A stretch of 64,000 nt of DNA, taken from the NCBI GenBank assembly GCA_963763125.1, contig CAVXMV010000005.1, forward strand, positions 1,968,513 through 2,032,512, in the 5' to 3' direction. Below are positions 33,828 through 44,810 of the stretch, piece after piece; within the stretch, counting starts at the first letter, position 1, and each line of letters begins with the position of its first letter. The notes under the pieces are model-generated. The model did not search any database. It saw nothing but the letters and a program-made list of their open reading frames with translations, and was not told the origin of the DNA. This DNA is from an uncultured Chloroflexia bacterium. GTDB lineage: Bacteria; Chloroflexota; Chloroflexia; Thermomicrobiales; UBA6265. Made by a program: the position numbers and the translations under genes.

Positions 33828-34349
33828 TAGGACGCTGCGCTCCCGGGCGGACACAAGGTCCGCAGCCGTACACGACATTCTTGCGGTATGACAACAAGTG
33901 GCGTCGCCGGGAACCACCGAGACGATTGACCGGCACAATCCAGCGAAGCCACTAGATATGGCGCATATGTCCTCCCTCGCTGCGTTCGCATCGGAAACCG
34001 CCGCTGCGCCTGGTTTCAATCGCCACTACCGGTCGACCTTTTTGCGGAAGTTCATGGAGGATCGTGCGTGGTCGGTCCGCAAAAAGCTTCCCCGGAACGG
34101 CGTGGGTCTTGACCTCTTGGTGTTCTTGCAGCCTGAAGAAAACCACCTCAGTGTTCCATTGGTTCTGTCCGCCCTGTTTCTGCCCCGCAACTCAGCCACC
34201 GGCCAGACCGCTGACCACGGTCCCAGTCACCCTTGCTACGTGAGTTCCGATCGACCATAACCACCCCGAAATCGCGTACCCTTGTGCGGTACGTCTGGCG
34301 GCCGGTTCGCCAGCGAGTAATGGCGTCATACAGGAAGGTCGATTCACCC

Positions 34350-36070
34350 ATGCGGATGGCACATCTCTTCGGACGGACACTTCGCGAGGCGCCGGCGGAT
34401 GTCGAAATCCCCAGCCACCAACTGATGGTCCGAGCTGCCATGATCCGCCCCCTGGGGACCGGTATCTTTAGCCTGTTGCCTCTCGGCTACCGCGTGATTC
34501 GGAAGGTCGAGCAGATCATCCGCGAGGAAATGGATGCGATCGGTGGCCAGGAGCTGCTGATGCCGTTCGTGCATCCAGCCGACATCTGGCGCAAGAGCGG
34601 CCGGTACGACAAGATCGGTCCGGAAATGGCCCGCTTCAAGGACCGTGGCGATCGCGACATGGTGCTGGCAATGACCCACGAGGAGGTCGTTGCCGACCTC
34701 ACCGCGAGCGAGATCAACTCGTACCGGCAATTGCCGCAGATCGTCTATCACATGCAGTCGAAATTCCGCGACGAGCCCCGCGCACGCGGCGGCCTGATCC
34801 GCGTCCGTGAGTTCACGATGAAGGACTCGTACTCGCTCGATGCCGACGCCGCCGGTCTCGACAAATCCTACGAGCTCCACGCTCAGGCGTATCACCGTAT
34901 TTTCACGCGGATCGGCCTCGAGTTCATCCGGGTTGGCGCCGATGTCGGGATGATGGGTGGCTCGCTCTCCGAGGAGTACATGGCGTTCTCCCCGAACGGT
35001 GAGGACACGATCCTGATCGATCCGGAGAGCGACTACGCCGCGAATCGCGAGGTAGCGACGTTCAAGCGGGACGTTCCGGAACCGGAAGAACTCCTACCGA
35101 TGGAGGAAATCGAGACACCGAGCACGACCACGATCGAGGCGCTCGCCGAGTTCCTCGATGTGCCACTCGCACGCACTGCCAAGGCTGTGTTCTTCATGGG
35201 TCAATCGGGACGATTCATCTTCGCCGTGATTCGGGGCGACCTCGAAATCAACGAGACCAAGCTTCGCCAGGTCATCGCTGAGAACGACATCGTGCCGGCC
35301 ACTGCCGAGCAGATCCGCGCCATCGGCGCCGAGCCAGGCTACGGCTCACCGGTCGGCGTGCAGGATGCGGTGGTCGTCATTGATGAAAGCATCGCGCACT
35401 CGCCGAACCTGGTAGCTGGCGCCAACCGTGTCGGCTTCCACATGAAGAACGTGAACTATCCGCGCGATTTCGAAGCACATCACGTCGCTGACATCGCCGC
35501 CGCCGCCGAAGGTTATCCCAGCCCGGTTTCCGGAGTGCCGATGATCACCCGCCGCGCGATCGAGGTTGGTAACATCTTCAAGCTGGGTACCGATTTCAGC
35601 GAGACGCTGAACGCGAAGTACCTCGATGAGGATGGCGTTTCGCACCCTGTGGTGATGGGTTCCTATGGCATTGGGTCGGGCCGGAACGCCGCGACCGTCG
35701 CCGAGCAGAACTACGACGACAAGGGCATCAAGTGGCCAATCTCGATTGCCCCGTACCACCTCTCCCTGCTCTCGCTCGGAGTCGATGAGGAAGTCGTCAG
35801 CGCGGCAGACAGGCTCTACGACGATCTCACCCAGGCGGGGATCGAAGTGCTATACGACGATCGCCCAGATCGTCCGGGCGTGAAGTTCAACGATGCCGAG
35901 CTGATCGGAAACCCGATCCGGCTCTCGGTCAGCAAGCGCACGCTCGCGGAAGGCCAGGCCGAGTTGCGGCTTCGCGTCCGGAGACGGAGTCGACATTCGT
36001 GCCGCTGGATGGCGCGGTCGGCAAGGTGCAGGAGATCGTCCGCGACCTCCTCGCCGCCTTGGAGCCGTAA
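34350..36070 (+). CDS. proS: Proline--tRNA ligase (bacterial type with editing domain; frameshift near 35980)
   Basis: FGRTLREAPAD, MTHEE, KFRDEPRARGGLIRVREFTMKDSYS, IEVGNIFKLG, MGSYGIG; natural end ...LLAALEP* in the shifted frame. Confidence 0.95.
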
Positions 36071-36311
36071 GGCAGCCGCCTGGCTGGATTGCCATGCCTG
36101 GCAGGGGCGGACCCAAGGTCCCCTACCCGAATCCCCATGTCACACTGGGGTGGGACACAGTGTTCCGCCTTATAGATTCGATGCCGGCTTCGGACCGGAC
36201 GACACCGGGCTGTCCCCTCGAAGGACTACGATGGCGCCACCGCGCCCGATCGGCGAGCAGATCGCCCTCGAGGTCTGGCTCCCGGTTTCGGAGGCTCCTG
36301 GCTGGGCGATC

Positions 36312-36938
36312 CTACATCGATGATTCCTGGGCCTCTCGCATCGCGGCGTCGAGGAGGGCTTGGGTTGCCCAGAGCTTGACCGCCTCGGCTTCGTCGTCGG
36401 CGAGACCGCAGATGTCCTTGAGCACGGTCATGCTTTCCATGCCCATGCACATGGCGAGCGACTGAAGCAAGCGTTCGAAATGCGCCTCGCCCAGGTCGAT
36501 CCGTACCGCGTCGAGCGCCCGCGCCATGTAACGCAACCGGTTGCCCGGTCGCCGCACGCGCTCGGCGGAGTCGGGCGCGTCTCGCACGATCAAGGCGGCC
36601 ACTGCCCGTCGGATCGCGTCCTCGTGCCGAAGGTTCATCGCGAATTCGCTGCGGATGATCGCGTCGAGTCGCTGCTGGGGCGTTCCCGGCTGCTCGCTGG
36701 CGGCGTAAAGTGCGGCCATTTCGTCCTTCACGACCTCCTCGAGGCGGACTTCGACCAACAGCAATTCCTGCGACGGGAAGTAGCGGTAGGCCGTGCTCTT
36801 CGAGATCAGGGCGGCTTCGGCCACCTCGGCCACCGTCGGAGTGAGCCCCTGGCGCACGAGCTCGGTCGCCTTCTTGACAAGGGCCTGGCGCGTGCGCTGC
36901 TTCTGGTTCGTGCGGCCGGTCGCCTCATAGGTGCTCAT
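36312..36938 (-). CDS. TetR/AcrR family regulator
   Basis: TVAEVAEAALISKSTAYRYF HTH. Confidence 0.9.
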   Translation of the reverse strand: MSTYEATGRTNQKQRTRQALVKKATELVRQGLTPTVAEVAEAALISKSTAYRYFPSQELLLVEVRLEEVVKDEMAALYAASEQPGTPQQRLDAIIRSEFAMNLRHEDAIRRAVAALIVRDAPDSAERVRRPGNRLRYMARALDAVRIDLGEAHFERLLQSLAMCMGMESMTVLKDICGLADDEAEAVKLWATQALLDAAMREAQESSM

Positions 36939-36976
36939 GCGCAGAGCCTACCACGAAATGGCGCTTCATGGGACTG

Positions 36977-37005
36977 TTGACAATCATGGGACTCAGTCCC
37001 ATAAT
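36977..37005 (+). promoter_or_regulatory. Promoter TTGACA-17-CATAAT overlapped by operator ATGGGACT-C-AGTCCCAT
   Basis: Perfect palindrome 36986-37002 between divergent tetR and cupin genes; extra half-site at 36968. Confidence 0.75.
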
Positions 37006-37106
37006 GCAGCTGGGGCACGATAATGCGGGCGATGGACCGCCTGCACAAATTGGATGAGGTCAACGGTGACGTATGGTTCCGTCAACCTCAGAAGGAGCGA
37101 TGGTAT

Positions 37107-37736
37107 ATGGAATCCAGGCAACGTTCCACCAGGCGGCAGGTCGCGGGTGCACTGGCGCTCGCTGCCGCCGGCGGACATCGATGGGTCCAGATCGTATCAG
37201 CGGGCGAAGCGTCGACACCAGATACCAAGGAGCAACCCATGACGGACACCGCAACGGCCTTTCATGTCGTCGAGCACGACGATTCGGAGGCGATTTGGGG
37301 ATTCGGCATTCTGGGATTCATCAAGGGGGACAGCGACCGCACCGCCAACTCGTTCTGCATGGTTGAGTTCCTGCAGGGCGTGGGATTCGCCACCCCGTTG
37401 CACGTGCACCACACCCAGGACGAGATCTTTTACGTGCTGGAAGGGACGATGCATGGGGTCTGCGACGACGTGGAGTGGTTCGCGCACAAGGGCGCAGTCG
37501 TCTGGCTACCAAGCGGGAGCGTGCACGGCTGGGCTGTCTATGGCGATGAGCAGGTCCGGTCCCTGGCGATGACCGTGCCCGGAAGTTTCGACAAGTTCAT
37601 TCGTGAAACTGGCGAGCCGGCCAAGCAGCTTACGTTGCCCCCGGCTTCGATCGAGATCGATACCGAGTTGATTGCCGCTGTGGCCGAGAAGTACGACTTC
37701 GCCATTCTCGGGCCGCCGGTCAATTACTTGAATTGA
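37107..37736 (+). CDS. Cupin (quercetin 2,3-dioxygenase-like); alternative start at 37239
   Basis: PLHVHHTQDEIFYVLEG, LPSGSVHGW; STRRQV Tat-like leader. Confidence 0.85.
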   Translation: MESRQRSTRRQVAGALALAAAGGHRWVQIVSAGEASTPDTKEQPMTDTATAFHVVEHDDSEAIWGFGILGFIKGDSDRTANSFCMVEFLQGVGFATPLHVHHTQDEIFYVLEGTMHGVCDDVEWFAHKGAVVWLPSGSVHGWAVYGDEQVRSLAMTVPGSFDKFIRETGEPAKQLTLPPASIEIDTELIAAVAEKYDFAILGPPVNYLN

Positions 37737-37754
37737 CGAGGAACACTCCACCTT

Positions 37755-37784
37755 CGATCGGGCGGTCTCGAAACCGCCCGATCG
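37755..37784. terminator. Hairpin between convergent genes
   Basis: CGATCGGGCGGT-CTCGAA-ACCGCCCGATCG. Confidence 0.6.
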
Positions 37785-37870
37785 GTCAGCAAATCGACCT
37801 CGAAGCCTGGCCCATGGGCTTCGCGAGTGTTCGAGAACAGCGCCCTCGGGATGTGTCCGTTCGCAATGAC

Positions 37871-38170
37871 TCAGCCCAAGTCGTTCGCTGGAGTATCGCG
37901 ATCTGGATACATCGCACGCATCATGTCTTCGTAGTCGAGCTGTTCCTGAATTGCCTGGATGTCTTCGAGTGTGACTTTCCCGGCGCCAAAACGTCGGGGA
38001 AGCGGCTTGAATCCTTTCCAAAAACCATCCTGGCTCTCGTCAGCTTCATTAGCCAGCCCACTGCGTGCCATCTCACTCAATGCATCGCCCACTGTTTGTT
38101 CCCGATCTGCCGCGCTCGTTGCCGTGCAGCGGCCAAAACGTCATCTGCAATGGTTAGACGTAGTTCTCAT
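37871..38170 (-). CDS. VapB-like ribbon-helix-helix antitoxin (two apparent indels)
   Basis: AAGGAGG RBS; reconstructed MRTTLTIADDVLAAARQRA..EQTVGDALSEMARSGL...GFKPLPRR..KVTLEDI. Confidence 0.65.
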
Positions 38171-38396
38171 GCGACACCTCCTTTATCAACATACATCACG
38201 CATCAAGTGGCCCGGTTCATTAATCTGATGTGAACGACGAAGGAATCGCACGGATTCCCGATATTCGTGCTAAAATCAAGGTGACAAAGTGAATTGTTTC
38301 ACAGAGTTGACCCGTGCTGTGGCGGCCCGGGTTTTCCCTTGTGCGAACCTCCCGCCTCCCCGCATCGTATTGCCTGCCTATCGAAAGTGCCCTTCC

Positions 38397-40259
38397 ATGA
38401 CCACCGCAGTTGAAATCATGCGCCGTACCGATCTGCGCAATATCGCCATCATTGCCCACGTCGACCATGGCAAAACTACCCTGGTCGATGGCCTGCTCAA
38501 GCAGGCGCACATCTTCCGCGACCCCGATGCGGCCGGCGTCCTGATCATGGATTCCAACGACCTCGAACGAGAGCGCGGGATTACGATCCTCGCCAAGAAC
38601 ACCGCAATCGTTTACCACGATGTCAAGATCAACGTGATCGATACCCCTGGTCACGCCGATTTCGGTGGCGAGGTCGAGCGTGTGCTCAACATGGCCGATG
38701 GCTGCCTGCTGCTCGTCGATGCCGCCGAAGGCCCGATGCCGCAAACCCGCACTGTGCTTGCCCGGGCCCTGGAAATCGGTCTGCGCCCGATCGTGGTGAT
38801 CAACAAGATCGACAAGAGCGCGGCCCGCATCGAAGAAGTGGTCGAGCTCGTCAACGACCTCTTCCTTGATCTCGCGTTGGATACCTCCCAGCTCGAATTC
38901 CCGATCATCTACGCAATCGGTCGTGAGGGGCGAGCCGGTTTTTCTCCGGACAACCTCGCCTCGGATTTCCGCCCTTTGATGGAGACGATCCTGGAAACCG
39001 TGCCGGCCCCCGTGGTGGAGCCGGATGAACCCTTCCAGATGCTCGTCACATCGATCGATTACGACCTGCACCGTGGCCGAATTTCGATTGGCCGCATTCG
39101 CCGGGGTCAGCTGAAGGCTGGCGCGACCCTCGCACTGCTCACCGAGGGCAAGGATCCGGTCCGCACCAAGGTCACCTCCCTGCAAACATTCGCGGGCCTC
39201 GGCCGCATCGAGATCGAGGAGGCGATGGCGGGCGATCTCGTAGCCATCACCGGTTTCGGGGAGGCAAAGATTGGTTCGACCCTGGCCGATCCTGACCGCC
39301 CGGAAGCGCTGCCCACCGTTGCGATCGAGGAGCCGACACTCAAGTTGACCTTCGGGGTGAGTACCTCACCGCTTTCTGGTCGTGATGGTCAATTCTCAAC
39401 GTCGCGCCAGATCGGCGATCGCCTGCAGCGCGAACTGGAAACCAACCTTTCGTTGCGCGTCGAGCCAACCGATCAGGCAGACGTCTTCTCCATCGCCGGT
39501 CGCGGAGAATTGCACCTCTCGGTGCTGATCGAGACGATGCGCCGCGAAGGATACGAGTTCCAGGTCTCACGACCGGAGGTCGTGACTCGTCGTGACGACA
39601 ACGGGCAGGTCAAGGAACCAGTCGAGCACCTCGTGATCGATGTCACGGAAGAATTCGTGGGCCAGGTCACCGAACTTACGGGCAACCGCCGGGCCCGCAT
39701 GCTGGACATGGTCAACGACGGCCGCGGCGGAGTTCGCCTGGAATTCGCGATCCCAACGCGCGGCCTGATCGGTCTCCGTAACGCGATGCTGACGGCAACC
39801 AAGGGCAATGGCACGATGTCGTCTCGCCTGATCGACTTCGAGCCCTGGATGGGGCCGATCCAGCAAACGCGCAGTGGCGCGCTCGTTGCGTCCGAATCCG
39901 GCACCGCACTGGCTCATGGCCTTGCGAATGCGCAGGAACGGGGCGTCACTTTCATCGAGCCGGGAACCGAGGTCTATGAAGGCATGATCGTGGGTCAAAA
40001 TCCGCGACCAACCGATCTTGCCGTCAATGTCTGCCGCGCCAAGAAACTCACCAACATGCGGTCAAGCAATGCCGATATTTCGGTGCGCCTGACCCCGCCG
40101 ATCCTGTTCAGCCTGGAGCAGTCGCTTGATTTCCTGGCCGACGACGAGCTGCTTGAGGTGACGCCCAAGGCGCTCCGATTGCGCAAGCGATTCCTCTCCC
40201 AGGATGAGCGCGCCAAGCAGAAGAAGCGTTCCGATCAGGCGGCTGCCGCGCAGGGCTAG
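38397..40259 (+). CDS. typA: Translational GTPase TypA/BipA
   Basis: [58 protein letters not shown]. Confidence 0.97.
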   Translation: MTTAVEIMRRTDLRNIAIIAHVDHGKTTLVDGLLKQAHIFRDPDAAGVLIMDSNDLERERGITILAKNTAIVYHDVKINVIDTPGHADFGGEVERVLNMADGCLLLVDAAEGPMPQTRTVLARALEIGLRPIVVINKIDKSAARIEEVVELVNDLFLDLALDTSQLEFPIIYAIGREGRAGFSPDNLASDFRPLMETILETVPAPVVEPDEPFQMLVTSIDYDLHRGRISIGRIRRGQLKAGATLALLTEGKDPVRTKVTSLQTFAGLGRIEIEEAMAGDLVAITGFGEAKIGSTLADPDRPEALPTVAIEEPTLKLTFGVSTSPLSGRDGQFSTSRQIGDRLQRELETNLSLRVEPTDQADVFSIAGRGELHLSVLIETMRREGYEFQVSRPEVVTRRDDNGQVKEPVEHLVIDVTEEFVGQVTELTGNRRARMLDMVNDGRGGVRLEFAIPTRGLIGLRNAMLTATKGNGTMSSRLIDFEPWMGPIQQTRSGALVASESGTALAHGLANAQERGVTFIEPGTEVYEGMIVGQNPRPTDLAVNVCRAKKLTNMRSSNADISVRLTPPILFSLEQSLDFLADDELLEVTPKALRLRKRFLSQDERAKQKKRSDQAAAAQG

Positions 40260-40287
40260 CGTCTCCCAGTTGCATTCACACGGACAC

Positions 40288-40320
40288 AACGCCCCGGATT
40301 GAAAAATCCGGGGCGTTTTC
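40288..40320 (+). terminator. Rho-independent terminator of typA
   Basis: AACGCCCCGGATT-GAAA-AATCCGGGGCGTTTT. Confidence 0.8.
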
Positions 40321-40432
40321 ATTCCGGTCTGGGTCGACTATTGACATCATACTTGTGTGGTGATTCCACGCCCTGGTTGTGGCAGTGCTGCAGGGTGGTC
40401 ATCAGGTGAATCGAGCCAGGTGCAAAACGTCG

Positions 40433-41080
40433 TCAGGCAGCCTTGACCTTCTTTCGTTTGCCGGACGAGTCATCTCCTTCGGCGACGTCGGGGGCCGGGC
40501 CCGAGTCTACCTCGGTCGCGCTGGAAGCGCTTTCAATTCCCGCGAGAATCGCATAAATGGTAGACACCCGGTGCGGCTGAACCACAAACACGCCACGGTT
40601 TTCCTGGGTGATCAGGTCGGCCGATTGCAGCACGTTGAGATGGTGATAGGCGGCGCCGGTGGTGCCAAGATCGAGTGTGCCAACGAGCTCAGCCGCGGTG
40701 GTTGGCTTGTCGAGGATGGCCTTCAGGATTGCGAGCCGCTGCCGATGGCCGATCGCGGCGAGCACGCGAGACGCCCGGTCCTCGTCTTGCGACAGCAGCG
40801 CTTCGACGCTCACCTGCTGATCCCACCGGTACTCCCGATTGCCACCGGCATCACGCACCACGCCTCGCGTGACAACCACGCCACGGCCGTCGTGCAGCTC
40901 CGCAAGGTCGCGGGAGATATCAATGACCGGTGTCGCAGGCGCCGGGTGATGCGGGATCGAGGCCGCCGCTGCCGCGCTCTGGACTGTGACATGTTCACGC
41001 AAGGCCCAGACGGCTTCCGAAAGATTCTGCAATTCGTTGCGAATGCCCTCGACCTCGCTTTTGACTTTCTTGCCTGCCAT
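40433..41080 (-). CDS. ArsR-type winged-helix regulator with N-terminal extension
   Basis: LAAIGHRQRLAIL, GTTGAAYHHLNVL. Confidence 0.82.
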   Translation of the reverse strand: MAGKKVKSEVEGIRNELQNLSEAVWALREHVTVQSAAAAASIPHHPAPATPVIDISRDLAELHDGRGVVVTRGVVRDAGGNREYRWDQQVSVEALLSQDEDRASRVLAAIGHRQRLAILKAILDKPTTAAELVGTLDLGTTGAAYHHLNVLQSADLITQENRGVFVVQPHRVSTIYAILAGIESASSATEVDSGPAPDVAEGDDSSGKRKKVKAA

Positions 41081-41369
41081 TGTCAGACTCCCGGCACATT
41101 GTGCGGATTCGAACATGCGGAACTACGGAGATACTGACAACCGTAACATATTTTCTCGTTTGGTGGACATAGAGTTAATAGTTTGATACGGAAATCGGGT
41201 ACACACCCGGCAAACGGGATCGCGTACGGGCGGACCTGGATCGACGGCGACAGTGCACTTCCGCTGACATGGCGTGGTTGATCCTGTTGTCCGCCCTTTG
41301 GCAACGTTTCCCCGGAATTGCCACTGACCATCCGGATTTCGTATGAGGGGTGCGAGGGGGCCTGTGAAT

Positions 41370-42107
41370 CTACATGCCCAGGTTGTGATCGATGCTGGAA
41401 GTTTCCAGACAGGTGATCACTGCCCTGGGATCGGTGGTGATAATGCCATCCAGCCCGGCTTCGGCATGTTCCCGCACATCTTCCAGGCGTTCGAGGCGCG
41501 AGAACACCTTGAGTTGGTGACGATGGGCGTGCTGGACAAGGTCACGATCGACTGCCCCCCACGGCACGCTGACAGCCGAGGCGCCAAACCATTGCGCTTC
41601 CTCGAAATAGCGCGAGCGGTTCGCCGGAGTCCAGCCTGCGGGGCGGAGGAGCGTGACCCGCAATTCGGGCAGGCAGCGGGTCGCCCTGAAGACATCGTGC
41701 GGATGCTCCAGCCAGAGCCAGGTCCGGCCCGGCCTGCCTTGGCGTGCAACCAACCTGAGCACCGCGGGCAACGCCGCCCGGTCCTTCACGTGGAGGGCGA
41801 CTTGTGGTCCTTCGGGAAACTCACGTAGCACGGATTTCAGCGAGGTCACGCGATCCAGGTCGGGGCTGTCGCGGAGTGTGAGGTGGCTCAGGATGAACGA
41901 CGGCCAGATTCGCACCCAGCCGCGCCCTTTTGTGGATCGCCGGAGAAAGGCGTCGTGAAGCACCATCGGCTGGCGATCGAGGCTGAGCCTGATATCCAGC
42001 TCGATCATGTCGGCCCCGGACTGAGCGGCCACGGCAATTGCGCGTCGGGTATTCTCGGTCGAGCCGGGCGTAAGCGCTCGATGAGCGACGATCATCGGGC
42101 GCGTCAC
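41370..42107 (-). CDS. Glycerophosphodiester phosphodiesterase family protein
   Basis: IVAHR, ENT, IELDIRLS, VLHD, GIITTDP. Confidence 0.85.
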   Translation of the reverse strand: MTRPMIVAHRALTPGSTENTRRAIAVAAQSGADMIELDIRLSLDRQPMVLHDAFLRRSTKGRGWVRIWPSFILSHLTLRDSPDLDRVTSLKSVLREFPEGPQVALHVKDRAALPAVLRLVARQGRPGRTWLWLEHPHDVFRATRCLPELRVTLLRPAGWTPANRSRYFEEAQWFGASAVSVPWGAVDRDLVQHAHRHQLKVFSRLERLEDVREHAEAGLDGIITTDPRAVITCLETSSIDHNLGM

Positions 42108-42125
42108 TTGGTGTCTCTCGCCAGG

Positions 42126-43208
42126 CTAGTGGATTGCAGGAGCTTGCTCATCCGTGTGGTGTTCTCCAGTGGAAGCTCCGAACTCTCCGGTCATTGCCGG
42201 ATTGTGGCCCTTGAACATCGCGAACAGCAATACCAGCGACGGCACGAGGATGATCGCCCCGATACCATACGTGACCAGCGACACTTTCAGCATGGCGTCA
42301 GATGCTGCCGCGTTTTCGTAGGTGAGATCGGAGACCACGAGATACGGATACTGCGCCAGGGCCCACCCGGAAAGCATGACCACCACTTCGGCAAAGGCGC
42401 TCATTCGCGCAATCCGGTAATGCCGTTTCCAAACCGAGGTGAGGGTTACCAGGCCGAGCAAGACCGAAGCCGGGATCAACGTCCACGTGGTGCGATCCCA
42501 CATCCCGTCCCAGATGGTTGGGGCATACGTCCGTGAGATGGGCAAGGCAATGGTCCCGAGTATCGCGAATGCCACACCTGTGCCTAGCGCCCGCAGGCGA
42601 AAATCCTCCTGAAGCTCGCCCCTTGTCTCCACGCAAAGATATACGGCGGCGAGGTACGCGCAGGAGGTCAGCGCCAGCAGCCCGATCACGATCGGGAACG
42701 GACCGAGCCACGGCGTCCAGTAGCTGCTCACCACGTTGCCATCCTCGATCTGGATATCCCCGGACGCCACCGCCCCGGCACACATCCCGAACAGCATTGG
42801 GGTGATGGCGCTGGACACGGCGAATACCGCGCCCCAGTTGCGTTGCGCCGAAACGACATCGTGGGCATAGGCGCGGAAGATGAACGCTGCCCCTCGCAAG
42901 GTGATCCCGATCAGGATCAGGCCCAGGGGGACGTAGAGAGCCGTACTGATCGCGGCGAACACAGGTGGAAAGCAGGTAAATGTCAGCACGATCACGAAAA
43001 TCAGCCAGACATGGTTCGCTTCCCAAATCGGCCCGATCGCGCGGGCGATTTCGAGCCGCTGGTCCTTCGCCCGCTTGCCGCTGGCCAGGAGATCCCAGAT
43101 TCCGCCGCCGAAGTCGGCCCCGCCTGTCACCGCGTAAATCACGATCCCGATGAGGAGGATCGCCCCGAGCGTGAACGGAAGGTTGAATACAACCTCATCC
43201 GGCAACAT
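42126..43208 (-). CDS. cydB: Cytochrome bd ubiquinol oxidase subunit II
   Basis: GGADFGGG, IGPIWEANHVWLIF. Confidence 0.93.
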   Translation of the reverse strand: MLPDEVVFNLPFTLGAILLIGIVIYAVTGGADFGGGIWDLLASGKRAKDQRLEIARAIGPIWEANHVWLIFVIVLTFTCFPPVFAAISTALYVPLGLILIGITLRGAAFIFRAYAHDVVSAQRNWGAVFAVSSAITPMLFGMCAGAVASGDIQIEDGNVVSSYWTPWLGPFPIVIGLLALTSCAYLAAVYLCVETRGELQEDFRLRALGTGVAFAILGTIALPISRTYAPTIWDGMWDRTTWTLIPASVLLGLVTLTSVWKRHYRIARMSAFAEVVVMLSGWALAQYPYLVVSDLTYENAAASDAMLKVSLVTYGIGAIILVPSLVLLFAMFKGHNPAMTGEFGASTGEHHTDEQAPAIH

Positions 43209-44529
43209 TCGATATCTCCTCTGTCGTGTGCTCCAGAGGCGGACGCGACTTTGCCAGCAAGAGGAGTAGCCAGGCGGTGGTGATCCCCAGGATCACGTAA
43301 ATGATCGCGAAACCACCGAACGATACGAACTGATTCGGTACCTGCGTCACGGCATCTTCCGTGCGCATGATCTGGTCGATGATCCATGGCTGGCGACCCA
43401 CCTCGGTGACGATCCAGCCGGCTTCGATCGCGACAAATCCGGCCGGGGCCAGGGCGATCAGGGCGATCAATTGCCATTTGCCAGGGTTCAGCTGTTTCTT
43501 TCGCCACACCGTAAGCCAGAACCAGAGACTGATGAGAATCAGGGTCGTGCCGATGCCGACCATCACCTGGAATGCGAGATGGACCACCCGTGGCTCCGGC
43601 TGATCCTCCATCGGCACCTCGTTCAGGCCAATTACCTCGGCGTTGAAATCTCGCTCGGCGAGAAAGCTGAGCATTCCGGGGATCTTGATTGCCCAGCTCG
43701 TCTCCCGAGTTTCCGGGTTGGGCCAGCCGCCGATCGTCAGCGGTGCATTCATCCTGGTTTCGAACAACCCTTCCATCGCGGCAAACTTGACAGGCTGATT
43801 CTGGGCCACCCAGTGGGCGCTGATGTCGCCGCTGACTGCCTGCAGGATCGAGACCACCACGCCGAGCCCCATGGCGATCTTGAGCGCACTCCGGTGGTAG
43901 GTGTCGCGCTTGCCGTGGAGCATGCCCCAAGCGTATACGCCGGCTACCCCAAAGGCAGTCGCCGTGTACGCGGCGAGGGTCATGTGCAGCGCTTGCTGGA
44001 ACCAGGCGTCATTGAACATCGCCGCGACTGGATCGACATTGGTGACTTCGCCGTCTACGATGTCGAACCCGGCCGGGCTGTTCATCCAGGCATTGGCGGC
44101 CACCACGAAAATGCCCGAAAACGCTCCGGCAATCGCGACCGGGATGCCGCTCAACCAATGCGCCAGCGGTGAAAGCCGATTCCAGCTGTAAAGGTAGATC
44201 CCGAGGAAGATTGCTTCGATGAAGAAGGCGAACCCTTCCATCGAGAACGGCATGCCGATGATGCCGCCGGCGTATTCCATGAAGCGTGGCCAGAGCATCC
44301 CGAGAAGAAACGAGAGTATCGTGCCGGAGACAGCCCCGACCGCAAACGTGATCGCGAATGCTTTCGACCAGCGCTTCGCCAACGCGAGGTAATTCGGATT
44401 GCCGGTTTTCAGGTAGATTCCTTCGGCAATCACCATCAGGAGTGGCAAGCCGATGCCGAGCGCCGCGAAGATGATGTGGAACCCGAGCGAGGTTCCCATC
44501 TGAGTCCTTGCCACCATGAGCTCGCTCAT
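43195..44529 (-). CDS. cydA: Cytochrome bd ubiquinol oxidase subunit I
   Basis: GFHIIF, QPVKFAAMEG, FQVMVG, GWIVTEVGRQPW. Confidence 0.95.
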   Translation of the reverse strand: MSELMVARTQMGTSLGFHIIFAALGIGLPLLMVIAEGIYLKTGNPNYLALAKRWSKAFAITFAVGAVSGTILSFLLGMLWPRFMEYAGGIIGMPFSMEGFAFFIEAIFLGIYLYSWNRLSPLAHWLSGIPVAIAGAFSGIFVVAANAWMNSPAGFDIVDGEVTNVDPVAAMFNDAWFQQALHMTLAAYTATAFGVAGVYAWGMLHGKRDTYHRSALKIAMGLGVVVSILQAVSGDISAHWVAQNQPVKFAAMEGLFETRMNAPLTIGGWPNPETRETSWAIKIPGMLSFLAERDFNAEVIGLNEVPMEDQPEPRVVHLAFQVMVGIGTTLILISLWFWLTVWRKKQLNPGKWQLIALIALAPAGFVAIEAGWIVTEVGRQPWIIDQIMRTEDAVTQVPNQFVSFGGFAIIYVILGITTAWLLLLLAKSRPPLEHTTEEISNVAG

Positions 44530-44810
44530 GTACGCCCTTTCCTTTGATGAAGAACGACAGCGTTGTCGTTTTGACCAGTGTATTGCCATCCGCCAAGGAG
44601 GTGGGACAGGCAATCTCCGCGATCATCGCCGGTGGAGGTAAGGGAAACTCCGTCCGTCGCTCGGAGCAATCGACACCGATGACCTTCCCTCATCGCCTGG
44701 CGCCATTCCGATTCCTGTCGTGAAGATCGGTGTTGGTACACTTGAGGCATTGGTTGCCAGATCAGGCAGGCCGATTGGGTCCATATTCCGGATATCGCAG
44801 GAGCAAAGAC

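Noticed and set aside
34150-34349. T-box riboswitch upstream of proS (also checked before trpS and ilvD)
   Set aside because: No GGTGGNACCGCG T-box motif or terminator/antiterminator seen
35980-36323. Novel C-terminal extension of ProRS (696 aa)
   Set aside because: Frameshift artefact; the natural terminus is at 36070. The downstream EVWLPV stretch may be a GyrI-like gene remnant but is too weak to call
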